NCBI GenBank assembly: GCA_043813805.1
Contig: JBDRKR010000018.1
Coordinates: 3,289 to 35,288, forward strand
DNA: 32,000 bases
Reading direction: 5' to 3'
DNA from: Candidatus Nealsonbacteria bacterium
GTDB taxonomy: Bacteria; Patescibacteriota; Minisyncoccia; Minisyncoccales; MHMH01
Part shown: in pieces, positions 1-8,125 of the stretch
Numbering within the stretch: position 1 is the stretch's first letter
Layout: the number at the start of each line of letters is the position of its first letter
Notes under the pieces: generated by a model
Told to the model about the DNA's origin: nothing
What the model saw: only the letters and a program-made list of their open reading frames with translations
Database searches by the model: none
Translations under genes and position numbers: made by a program

Positions 1-1091
1 TTATCAATGCCGATTTAGGCAAGCCCGAAGGCGTTAATTTTTCTCTTTTCTGGGAGGCCTGGAAAGCGCTTGAAGAAAACTTCGTCGATCACTCAAAAAT
101 GGATTACCAGAAAATGCTCTTTGGCGCGGTCTCGGGCATGGTAAGCGCCCTGAAAGATCCTTACACAGTTTATCTGCCGCCCGAAGATGCCAAGATTTTT
201 AAAGAAGATGTCTCGGGCGAGTTTCAGGGAGTCGGCATGGAAATCGGCATAAGAAACGGCGAATTAACCGTGATTGCTCCCTTGGAAGGAACGCCGGCGC
301 AACGGGCGGGATTGAGGGCCGGTGATAAAATCGTCAAAGTTGACGACACCTATACCGCGGATTTGGCCGCTGATGAAGCGGTGAAGCTCATCAGGGGAGA
401 GAAGGGCACCAAGGTTACTCTCACAATTTTCCGTGAAGGCTGGTCGCAATCCAAAGATTTTGAAATTACGAGAGATGTGATTGAAGTTCCTTCCTTAAAG
501 TGGGGGATGAAAGAAGAGAACATCGCTTACATTAATCTTTATCAATTTTCCGAAACAGCCACGGGCGCTTTTAACAGGGCGGCTGTAGAAATTTTGGCAA
601 GTCCGGCAGACAGCATAATCTTGGACTTGAGAGATAACCCCGGAGGCTATCTTGAGGTGGCTCAGGATATCGCCGGTTGGTTTTTAAAGAAAGGAGAAAT
701 TGTTACAATTGAAGACTTTGGCGGAAGCGCCGAAAGTCAAGAATACCGGACTTCGGGTTCGGGGCAATTGAGCGCTTATCCTTTAGCTATTCTGATTAAC
801 CAGGGTTCGGCTTCAGCCTCGGAAATTCTTGCCGGCGCCCTAAGAGACAATCGGGGAGTTAAACTTGTAGGCATTCAATCTTTCGGCAAGGGCTCGGTGC
901 AAACCCTCAAAGAACTTGAACTGGGCTCGTTGAAGGTGACGGTAGCTAAATGGCTGACGCCCAATGGCACCTTGATTGATAAGGAGGGGTTGAAGCCGGA
1001 TGTTGAAATCGAGCTGTCAGAAACGGATATTGACGAAAGCAAAGATCCGCAACTCGATAAGGCTATTGAAATAATTAAACAGATACGATAG
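1..1091 (+). CDS. S41 family C-terminal processing peptidase (CtpA/Prc-like), 5' end off the window
   Basis: The frame is open from base 3 through the listed ORF start at 99 (INADLGKPEGVNFSLFWEAWKALEENFVDHSKMDYQKM...). PDZ-like segment GVGMEIGIRNGELTVIAPLEGTPAQRAGLRAGDKIVKVDD; catalytic-region motifs LDLRDNPGG and NQGSASASEILAGALRDN...FGKGSVQ. Confidence 0.95.
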   Translation, partial: INADLGKPEGVNFSLFWEAWKALEENFVDHSKMDYQKMLFGAVSGMVSALKDPYTVYLPPEDAKIFKEDVSGEFQGVGMEIGIRNGELTVIAPLEGTPAQRAGLRAGDKIVKVDDTYTADLAADEAVKLIRGEKGTKVTLTIFREGWSQSKDFEITRDVIEVPSLKWGMKEENIAYINLYQFSETATGAFNRAAVEILASPADSIILDLRDNPGGYLEVAQDIAGWFLKKGEIVTIEDFGGSAESQEYRTSGSGQLSAYPLAILINQGSASASEILAGALRDNRGVKLVGIQSFGKGSVQTLKELELGSLKVTVAKWLTPNGTLIDKEGLKPDVEIELSETDIDESKDPQLDKAIEIIKQIR

Positions 1092-1124
1092 TATAGAAAT
1101 CGATAACATCCTTTATAAAAAAAC

Positions 1125-1574
1125 ATGAAAGTTATTCTGTTGCAAGATATCGAAAAACTTGGCAAAAAGTACGACCTTAAAAATGTCGCTGACGGGCACG
1201 CCCGGAATTTTTTATTGCCCAAGAATTTGGTCAAGCCGGCTACCGAAGAAAATATGAAGTGGCTCGAAATTCAAAAAGAATTGTTAAGACAAAAATCCGA
1301 AGAAGAGTTAAAGAAAGTGCAGGGGGTTGCTTCAACGATGGACGGACTTGAAATCGTCCTGTCTGTGAAAGTCGGTGAAAAAGAGCAGTTATTTGAAGCA
1401 GTCACCGCTCAAAAGATCGTTGAAAAGCTCAAGGAGCAGGGGTTTGAAGTTAAAAAGACCCAGATTCTCTTAAAAGAGCCGATCAAGGAAATAGGAGAAT
1501 TTCCGATTAAAATTCAGCTTGGCCATAATTTGGAGGCGGAAATAAAATTAATTATCGTCGAAGAAAAAAATTAA
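1125..1574 (+). CDS. rplI: 50S ribosomal protein L9
   Basis: MKVILLQDIEKLGKKYDLKNVADGHARNFLLPKNLVKPAT matches the L9 N-terminal signature; 149 aa. Confidence 0.95.
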   Translation: MKVILLQDIEKLGKKYDLKNVADGHARNFLLPKNLVKPATEENMKWLEIQKELLRQKSEEELKKVQGVASTMDGLEIVLSVKVGEKEQLFEAVTAQKIVEKLKEQGFEVKKTQILLKEPIKEIGEFPIKIQLGHNLEAEIKLIIVEEKN

Positions 1575-1579
1575 CATGT

Positions 1580-1647
1580 AAGCATTTTAGCATTTTAACA
1601 TTTAAGCATTTTTAATTTTGTTTAAATGTTTAGATGTTTAGATGTTT
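1580..1647. repeat. Long imperfect inverted repeat in the rplI-pyrG gap, built from short tandem units
   Basis: Left arm 1580-1605 AAGCATTTTAGCATTTTAACATTTAA and right arm 1622-1647 TTAAATGTTTAGATGTTTAGATGTTT pair over 26 positions with 2 mismatches and 4 G-U pairs; 16-nt loop. Confidence 0.7.
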
Positions 1648-1661
1648 ATGTGAAAGTATTT

Positions 1662-3296
1662 ATGGCGCGCTATATTTTTGTTGCGGGCGGCGTAATGTCG
1701 GGCATCGGCAAGGGGGTGGCGACTGCCAGCATCGGTAAAATCCTGCAAAGCAAGGGTTTCCGGGTGACAGCCATCAAAATAGACCCGTATGTGAATGTTG
1801 ATGCGGGTACTATGAATCCCATTGAGCACGGCGAGGTTTTTGTGACCGCTGACGGCACGGAGTGCGACCAGGACCTGGGCAATTACGAAAGATTCATCGA
1901 CGAGAATTTAAATACATTTAATTACATCACCACGGGCCGCGTTTACGAAGCCGTTATCCGTCGGGAAAGGAACTTGGAATACGGCGGCAAATGCGTAGAA
2001 GTGGTGCCTCATATTCCGGAAGAGGTAATTTTCCGGATCAAAAGATCAGCGAGAGCGACTCGAGCTGATTTTGTTTTAATAGAGATCGGCGGCACGGTCG
2101 GGGAATACCAAAACAGCTTATTTTTGGAAGCGGCGAGAATGATGAGATTAACTTCGCCCAAAGATATCCTTTTTGTTTTGATAAGCTATCTGCCTGTGCC
2201 CAGTATGATCGGCGAAATGAAGACCAAGCCGACCCAGCAGGCGGTCAGGTGGCTCAATATGGCCGGTATTCAGCCGGATATGATTATCGCCAGGTCCGTT
2301 GTTCCGATAGATAATCCCAGGAAAAAGAAAATTTCCATTTTCTGCAACGTTGCCAAAGAAGACGTTATTTCCGCTCCCGACATAAAATCGATTTACGAGG
2401 TTCCTTTGAACTTCGAGAAAGACAGAATGGGGGACAGGATCTTAAAGAAATTCGGTTTGCGGAGCAAGAACAAGGGCGATTTGAGAGATTGGAAAAAATT
2501 GTCCAATACGATCAGGACCGTAAAAACTCCGGTAAAAATCGGGATTGTCGGCAAGTATTTTGAAACGGGCCATTTTACCCTGACCGATTCTTATATTTCG
2601 GTTATTGAGGCGGTAAAACACGCTTGCTGGTTTAACAGAAGAAAGCCCGAGATTCATTGGTTGTCATCGGAGGAATACGAAAAAAATCCCCGTTTATTGA
2701 AAGAATTGAAAGATTACGACGGCATAATTGTGCCGGGCGGTTTTGGCTCGCGGGGCATCGAGGGCAAGATTAAGGCGATTGAATTTTGCCGGAAAAACAA
2801 AATCCCTTATTTGGGATTATGTTTAGGTATGCAATTATTAGTCATTGAATTCGCCCGCCACGTTTGCGGATTAAGGAAGGCGAACTCCGCCGAATTTGCG
2901 CCCAAAGCCAAAGAAAACGTCATTGATGTAATGCCGGACCAGGACGTTCTTTTGAAAGAAAAGAAGTACGGCGGCACTATGAGATTGGGGGAGTACAAGT
3001 GTCGTATAAGGCCAAATACGTTGGCCTACAAGGCTTATAAGGCCGGAAGTATCATGGAGCGCCATCGGCACCGCTACGAGCTGAATAATGCCTTCAGGAG
3101 CACTCTGGAGAAGAGGGGCATGGTGATGTCGGGTTTAAATCCGGAGAGAGATTTGGTTGAAATTGCGGAACTTAAAGGCCATCCCTTCTTTTTGGGCACC
3201 CAGTTTCACCCTGAGTTTAAATCTCGTCCGACTAAGCCTCATCCGCTGTTCCGCGACTTCGTGAAAGCGGCCATAAAACAGAAAAGGCCGAAATGA
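1662..3296 (+). CDS. pyrG: CTP synthase (synthetase + class I glutamine amidotransferase domains), divergent
   Basis: The listed ORF starts at 1626, but the homology-consistent start is MARYIFVAGGVMSGIGKGVATASIGKIL at 1662. KIDPYVNVDAGTMNPIEHGEVFV; GLCLGMQ nucleophile elbow; GTQFHPEF. Confidence 0.93.
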   Translation: MARYIFVAGGVMSGIGKGVATASIGKILQSKGFRVTAIKIDPYVNVDAGTMNPIEHGEVFVTADGTECDQDLGNYERFIDENLNTFNYITTGRVYEAVIRRERNLEYGGKCVEVVPHIPEEVIFRIKRSARATRADFVLIEIGGTVGEYQNSLFLEAARMMRLTSPKDILFVLISYLPVPSMIGEMKTKPTQQAVRWLNMAGIQPDMIIARSVVPIDNPRKKKISIFCNVAKEDVISAPDIKSIYEVPLNFEKDRMGDRILKKFGLRSKNKGDLRDWKKLSNTIRTVKTPVKIGIVGKYFETGHFTLTDSYISVIEAVKHACWFNRRKPEIHWLSSEEYEKNPRLLKELKDYDGIIVPGGFGSRGIEGKIKAIEFCRKNKIPYLGLCLGMQLLVIEFARHVCGLRKANSAEFAPKAKENVIDVMPDQDVLLKEKKYGGTMRLGEYKCRIRPNTLAYKAYKAGSIMERHRHRYELNNAFRSTLEKRGMVMSGLNPERDLVEIAELKGHPFFLGTQFHPEFKSRPTKPHPLFRDFVKAAIKQKRPK

Positions 3297-3345
3297 AAGA
3301 GGCTAAACCTCTTTTATAACGGTGGAGGTTTAGCCTCTTTCATTT
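3293..3345. terminator. Bidirectional intrinsic terminator between convergent pyrG and rpmA
   Basis: Perfect 20-bp inverted repeat: AATGAAAGAGGCTAAACCTC (3293-3312), 13-nt loop, GAGGTTTAGCCTCTTTCATT (3326-3345). It overlaps the pyrG stop codon. Confidence 0.9.
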
Positions 3346-3354
3346 TAGTTTCAG

Positions 3355-3639
3355 CTATTCCTTTATAGGTTCCAGAGATACTATTTTGACGAGGCGCCGT
3401 GAGTTATCGAATCTTTGTTTTTTATTCGTGGAAAACTTAACTACGCCTTTAATTGCGGCGTAAAGAGTGTCGTCGCCTCCTTTTCTCACGTTATTGCCTG
3501 CGATGATTTTAGTGCCGCGCTGGCGAACCATAACTTGGCCCGGATTGGCAATTTGCCCATCCTGCAGTTTTATCCCCAGATATTTTGGCTGGGAATCTCG
3601 GCCTAAACGTGTTACGCCAGTCGCCTTAGTTGTTGCCAT
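3355..3639 (-). CDS. rpmA: 50S ribosomal protein L27, atypical N-terminus
   Basis: LGRDSQPKYLGIKLQDGQIANPGQVMVRQRGTKIIAGNNVRKGGDDTLYAAIKGVVKF is L27-like. Confidence 0.92.
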   Translation of the reverse strand: MATTKATGVTRLGRDSQPKYLGIKLQDGQIANPGQVMVRQRGTKIIAGNNVRKGGDDTLYAAIKGVVKFSTNKKQRFDNSRRLVKIVSLEPIKE

Positions 3640-3647
3640 ATAAAACT

Positions 3648-3878
3648 ATGCTATCAGAAATTAAAGAATTTGTAAAGTCTCATCAAGCCGATATAATATT
3701 AGTCATCGGTGTTGTCTTGATTTCCCTGCTTTCTTTCGCGATGGGTTATATTTTAGCTAAAAATCAGGAGAAAACGCCTTTAAAATTCGAACAATATGAA
3801 ACCGCAAAATACAGCTATTATCGGAGCGGGGATAACCGGTCTTTATCTTGCCTGGAAGCTTTCGGCGGCGGGGCATAA
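3648..3878 (+). CDS. Small single-pass membrane protein, unknown function
   Basis: Start moved to MLSEIKEFVKSHQADIILVIGVVLISLLSFAMGYILAKNQEKTP; one hydrophobic helix. The 3' end overlaps the next gene by 83 nt. Confidence 0.6.
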   Translation: MLSEIKEFVKSHQADIILVIGVVLISLLSFAMGYILAKNQEKTPLKFEQYETAKYSYYRSGDNRSLSCLEAFGGGA

Positions 3879-4734
3879 GGTGACCGTTTTCGAAAAAAGA
3901 CCAAGCATCGGCAAAGAGGCCTGTTCCGGTCTTTTTTCTGAAAGGCTTTTGAGTTTTGTGCCCCAAAGCCAAGCTTTGATCCAAAATCGGATTGAATCAG
4001 TTCTGATACATTTTCCCAAAAAGACCGTTAAGGTTAAGTTTACGAAACCTTTTTTACTGATGAGCCATGCCGAATTGGACAGATTAGTTGCCGGATTGGC
4101 TGAGAAGGCCGGAGCAAAAATTGTTCTGCAAAGTCCGATTGATGTTATGCCTCAAGGATTTGATCAAATTATCGGTTGCGACGGCGCCAGTTCCGCTACC
4201 AGAAAAAGCTTAGGCATGAAAGATCCTGATTTACGATTGGGGATTCGGGGATTTGCCGCTTTGCGAGATACCTCAAACTATGTTGAAACATGGGCTGTGA
4301 AAAACGGCTTTATTTGGAAAATTCCCCGGGGCCAGGAAACGGAATACGGCGTAATTTCAGAGTTAAAGAGCGCTCGTCCGCTTTTTGAAGAATTCCTGAC
4401 AAAAAATAATATCCCGATAGAAAGAACGGCTTCGGCTTTAATTCCGCAAGGATTGATTATTCCCAGAAGCGATTCGGTTACTCTTTGCGGCGATGCCGCG
4501 GGACTTTGCAAGCCCTGGTCGGGCGGGGGAGTGATCTGGGGATTAGTCGCTTCTTCAATACTCTTGAAAGATTTCCCCGATTTAGTAAAATATCGGCATG
4601 ATGTTAAAAGATACTTTTTACCCAAAATCGCTTTGTCTAAAATAGCTACGAAAATGGCTTATTGTCTCGGATTTAATACCCCATACTTATTACCTAAAAA
4701 TCTCGAAATCGAGAGCGATTTTTTACTGCGATAG
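3796..4734 (+). CDS. FAD-dependent oxidoreductase, geranylgeranyl reductase-like
   Basis: Rossmann start TAIIGAGITGLYLAWKLSAAGHKVTVFEKRPSIGKEACSG; second FAD motif LCGDAAGLCKPWSGGGVIWGL, typical of polyprenyl reductases. Confidence 0.8.
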   Translation: MKPQNTAIIGAGITGLYLAWKLSAAGHKVTVFEKRPSIGKEACSGLFSERLLSFVPQSQALIQNRIESVLIHFPKKTVKVKFTKPFLLMSHAELDRLVAGLAEKAGAKIVLQSPIDVMPQGFDQIIGCDGASSATRKSLGMKDPDLRLGIRGFAALRDTSNYVETWAVKNGFIWKIPRGQETEYGVISELKSARPLFEEFLTKNNIPIERTASALIPQGLIIPRSDSVTLCGDAAGLCKPWSGGGVIWGLVASSILLKDFPDLVKYRHDVKRYFLPKIALSKIATKMAYCLGFNTPYLLPKNLEIESDFLLR

Positions 4735-4765
4735 CGAAATTAATTTATTTAATTTCCTTTAAATT

Positions 4766-5464
4766 ATGACGTCTCAAACAAAAAATATTCCGTATCACCT
4801 GGGCATTATTATCGATGGCAATCGGAGATGGGCCAAAGAGAGGGGATTGCCGACTTTAATCGGCCATCGCAAGGGATTGAATAGGGTTAAACAGGTATTG
4901 GGCTGGGCTAAGAATCGAGGGATTAAGATTTTGACCCTTTTTGTGTTTTCAACCGAAAATTGGGAACGTTCAGAATCCGAAGTTAACTATCTGATGAGAT
5001 TGCTCCGGCAGGGGCTCAATGATTTTAAGAGAAATATCAAGAAAATCAATAAAGACGGGATTAGAATAAAAATAATCGGGCAGAAGGAGAAAGTTCCCGC
5101 AGGTTTGCATAAAATCATTCATGAACTTGAAGAGCTCACTCAAAACAACAAAGAAATGACGGTTAATATCGCTTTGAGTTACGGCGGCAGGGCGGAAATC
5201 GCCTCGGCCATTAAAAACATAATTAAGAAAAAGATTTCTCCCGACGAAATCACCGAAAAAACCATCTCCGAAAATCTTTGGACATCCGACGTGGACTTGC
5301 TTATCAGAACAGGCAAAGAACAGCGCATCTCTAATTTTTTAATTTGGCAGTCGGCTTATGCCGAATTGTATTTTTCGGAAAAATACTGGCCCGACTTCAC
5401 CGAAGAAGATTTAGATAAAGCTTTGGACGATTTTGCCGCGCGAAATCGTAGACACGGCAAATGA
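4766..5464 (+). CDS. uppS: cis-prenyltransferase / undecaprenyl diphosphate synthase
   Basis: YHLGIIIDGNRRWAKERG, GHRKGL, FVFSTENWERSESEV, ALSYGGRAEI, DVDLLIRTGKEQRISNFLIWQSAYAELYF. Confidence 0.95.
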   Translation: MTSQTKNIPYHLGIIIDGNRRWAKERGLPTLIGHRKGLNRVKQVLGWAKNRGIKILTLFVFSTENWERSESEVNYLMRLLRQGLNDFKRNIKKINKDGIRIKIIGQKEKVPAGLHKIIHELEELTQNNKEMTVNIALSYGGRAEIASAIKNIIKKKISPDEITEKTISENLWTSDVDLLIRTGKEQRISNFLIWQSAYAELYFSEKYWPDFTEEDLDKALDDFAARNRRHGK

Positions 5465-6162
5465 GAATTAATATGCAAATTCTGCCTACCATCACCACTA
5501 TTACTCCCGGTCAATGGCGCCAGAAACTCAAGGAGATCAAAGAACTTAAATTAAAAGAAGTTGCGGTTTTCCCGACGTGTTTGGATGAAAAAGAAAGAAA
5601 AGAACTTTTTTCATTGCTTGAAGAAACCGACATCAAAAGGATCCCTCTGGTTCACTTAAGGAGCGACATGGCCTTGAGCGAGCTGGATTATCTGGTCAGG
5701 GTTTTTAAGACGGAAGCTTTTAATATACATACCGGGCGCGAATACCCGCCGCTCAAAGATTATGGCTCGTACCGAAAAATTATTTATATCGAGAATACAT
5801 TCGAACCTTTTGACGAAGACGAAATTAAGGAATTCGGGGGAATTTGCCTGGATTTCGCCCATTTGGAAAACGACCGGCTGTTCCGCAAAGAAGTTTACAA
5901 ACACAATATCAAGATTATCGAAAAATATCCCCGTGGCTGTAATCATATCAGCGGATCCAAAGATTTCGTTTTTTTAAATAAGGGATCCCATTACCGCGAT
6001 TCCGCACACCCCCACTTTTTAAAAAGCTTATCCGAGCTTGACTATTTACAGCGATATCCGTTAAACTATTTTAGTACGCTCATTGCTTTAGAACTTGAAA
6101 ATACCATTACAGAGCAGCTAAAAACCAAAGAATATTTAACAGCGATGTTTAATGTACTATGA
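5461..6162 (+). CDS. Uncharacterised TIM-barrel-like protein (xylose-isomerase-like metallo-barrel suspected), paralog of 18091..18765
   Basis: Overlaps uppS by ATGA. Motifs VHLRSD, FNIHTGR, YIENTF, FGGICLDFAHLE, CNHISG, IALELENTITEQ, all shared with the second paralog. Confidence 0.6.
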   Translation: MRINMQILPTITTITPGQWRQKLKEIKELKLKEVAVFPTCLDEKERKELFSLLEETDIKRIPLVHLRSDMALSELDYLVRVFKTEAFNIHTGREYPPLKDYGSYRKIIYIENTFEPFDEDEIKEFGGICLDFAHLENDRLFRKEVYKHNIKIIEKYPRGCNHISGSKDFVFLNKGSHYRDSAHPHFLKSLSELDYLQRYPLNYFSTLIALELENTITEQLKTKEYLTAMFNVL

Positions 6163-6827
6163 AAATTAAATTATTAGTCGTAGCAATCACCGTGATTATC
6201 TTAACCGTTCTGAGCATAATGGGATTTTATGTTTATAAGCAAATAATCAAACCCGAAGCCAAAGAAAACGTTCCCGCGACAACCGGAGAAGCAGAGCCGG
6301 AAAGTCCGTCAAACGGCGGGGAGGAGATTATTGGAGAAACCGTTTTATTAAAAGACGATTTTGAAATAACGCTGCCGCCGGGTTGGCAGGAAGCAACCAC
6401 CCCTCCTGAAGGAATTTTAGCTATGGCTATTGATGGAAAAGAAGATATTTCTGAGGGTGTTTTCCAAAAGCTTGATTTCAGGACCAATTTCTCCGTCAAG
6501 AGAGACGACATGAAAAAATACGCGAATTTTAATAATTTAGGAGACTATATCACCAGCATTAAAACTTCTTTGGTTCAAATGGTGCCCGGCATCAGTTTTG
6601 TCCAGGAAGAGCAAAAAGTGATTGACGGCCGCCGGGCTATTTTGATTGAGTGCTCGAGCCGCCAGGAAGAAGCCGACTTTAAAACACTATTGGTCTTCGT
6701 TGAAGACAGCGACAGCATCGTTTACGCAATTTCCTTCAATACCTTCCAAAGTTCCTGGGCAAGCTACCGAGACACGTTTTATCGGATTGCCGAGAGCTTT
6801 AAATTAAAATACAAAATCGAGCTTTAA
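6159..6827 (+). CDS. Membrane-anchored extracytoplasmic protein, unknown function
   Basis: N-terminal helix KLLVVAITVIILTVLSIMGFYVYK, then a Pro/Glu/Ser-rich linker and a beta-rich domain (DDFEITLPPGW...). 4-nt overlap with the upstream gene. Confidence 0.6.
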   Translation: MKIKLLVVAITVIILTVLSIMGFYVYKQIIKPEAKENVPATTGEAEPESPSNGGEEIIGETVLLKDDFEITLPPGWQEATTPPEGILAMAIDGKEDISEGVFQKLDFRTNFSVKRDDMKKYANFNNLGDYITSIKTSLVQMVPGISFVQEEQKVIDGRRAILIECSSRQEEADFKTLLVFVEDSDSIVYAISFNTFQSSWASYRDTFYRIAESFKLKYKIEL

Positions 6828-8119
6828 GATTTTTTAATAGAATGGAAAAAGTCGTAAACGATTTTTCCATTTTTATTAAGAAAGCCCGCTTTCATGTCAT
6901 ACATCGGGAAATTGGTGAAAACGGTGCCCGCCGTAATCGTCTTTTTGTAATTTTCTCCCTCATTGATTTCGTTGTGGAAAAACAGCCCGTTTTTCAGTTT
7001 CAGAAAATCAAGACGGTTTTCCAGCCCGATTCTTTTTATTTTGCCTTTTTTTAATTCGAAAAATCCGCCCGGAATCAATTTCGTTATCGTGTGCTCGGGC
7101 AATTCAATGCACATCTGGGCGCCTTGGAATGAGTTTTCAGGCAAGGAATCAGGTTTCGCCGCCGGATAATTTTTCTGGCAGAAGTGATTTAAAAGCAGGC
7201 GCATGAAATCGGTACGGCCGTGCAATTCTTCCGTGGCGATGATTTGAGGGGTAGCCGCGGTGATTCTCGGGTTGCATTCAAGAAAGAAGATTTGATCGTT
7301 TTCCGACAGAATAAAATCTAAATTAAACATGCCCGTCAATCCTTCCTGTTTTATTTTTTCGGCTATCCTGATTAAGTCCCGGGTTATTTTTTCATAAAGT
7401 TCTTTTGTAAAAAACTGCGAAGGCAGCCACTGGATGCCGATAAAAAGACCTAAGGGCCCGCCGTTCGGATTTTTTAAAAAGCATTGCCGGTTCAGGGCTG
7501 AAAGGCAGACGTTTTCTTGATCAACAAAAAGAGAAGCGCCGCAAGCCATTCCTTTTTGATACTCGCGGGCCAAGAGCGGCAGATTAAGCGTTTTGAGTAT
7601 TTTTTGGAAAGATTTTTCCGAGTCGGCAAAAAACGTTCCTTCGCCTCCGGTGGATTTAGGAATTTGAACAACCGTTTGGAGAAAGGGCAGCAGGGCTTTT
7701 TTAGACCTCAGGATCGCGCTTTTGACCGAGGGGATTTTTATCTTTTTCAGGAAACTATCGAAAAACAGCTTGTCCTCGAATTTTTCGGCAAGCTGATAAG
7801 ACGGAGAGAGAATAGCGATGCCGCTTTCTTTACTCCATTCTTTGAGGAACTTCGTGGAGTTCCTTAAAAAGAGGCAATTTATCTGATATTTTTTGAGTTG
7901 CGGGGAGAGATTGGAGTTTTTAAAAACGTCCTCGCCTTTCAGTTCCGAGAAATTAATGCCCTTTTTTTTGAGCTTAATGGGAATAATGTTAGTCAAACGG
8001 AGCTCAGTTTGGGCTATTCTCATTTCTTCGGAACCTTCGAGGCAAATAGCATAAATTTCATATGTTTTCTCTTGGGAAAACACCAAGTCCAAACTTCTTA
8101 AGAAGTAAGCGACTTTCAT
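6824..8119 (-). CDS. ATP-grasp superfamily ligase
   Basis: IPKSTGGEGTFFADS...LLAREYQKGMACGASLFVDQ...GLTGMFNLDFILSENDQIFFLECNPRITAATPQIIATEE; the NLDF...ECNPR metal/ATP-binding pattern is typical of ATP-grasp. Confidence 0.8.
   Translation of the reverse strand: MKVAYFLRSLDLVFSQEKTYEIYAICLEGSEEMRIAQTELRLTNIIPIKLKKKGINFSELKGEDVFKNSNLSPQLKKYQINCLFLRNSTKFLKEWSKESGIAILSPSYQLAEKFEDKLFFDSFLKKIKIPSVKSAILRSKKALLPFLQTVVQIPKSTGGEGTFFADSEKSFQKILKTLNLPLLAREYQKGMACGASLFVDQENVCLSALNRQCFLKNPNGGPLGLFIGIQWLPSQFFTKELYEKITRDLIRIAEKIKQEGLTGMFNLDFILSENDQIFFLECNPRITAATPQIIATEELHGRTDFMRLLLNHFCQKNYPAAKPDSLPENSFQGAQMCIELPEHTITKLIPGGFFELKKGKIKRIGLENRLDFLKLKNGLFFHNEINEGENYKKTITAGTVFTNFPMYDMKAGFLNKNGKIVYDFFHSIKKS
6841..6871. 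terminator. Bidirectional terminator-like hairpin inside the 3' end of the ATP-grasp gene
   Basis: AATGGAAAAA (6841-6850), 11-nt loop, TTTTTCCATT (6862-6871), followed by TTT; just downstream of the convergent gene ending at 6827. Confidence 0.7.
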
Positions 8120-8125
8120 GGAGGG

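Noticed and set aside
875-1234. Antisense ORF of 119 aa, and the many other ORFs opposite confident genes
   Set aside because: Lies opposite the strongly supported protease and rplI genes, has no recognisable motif, and its composition follows the sense codons.
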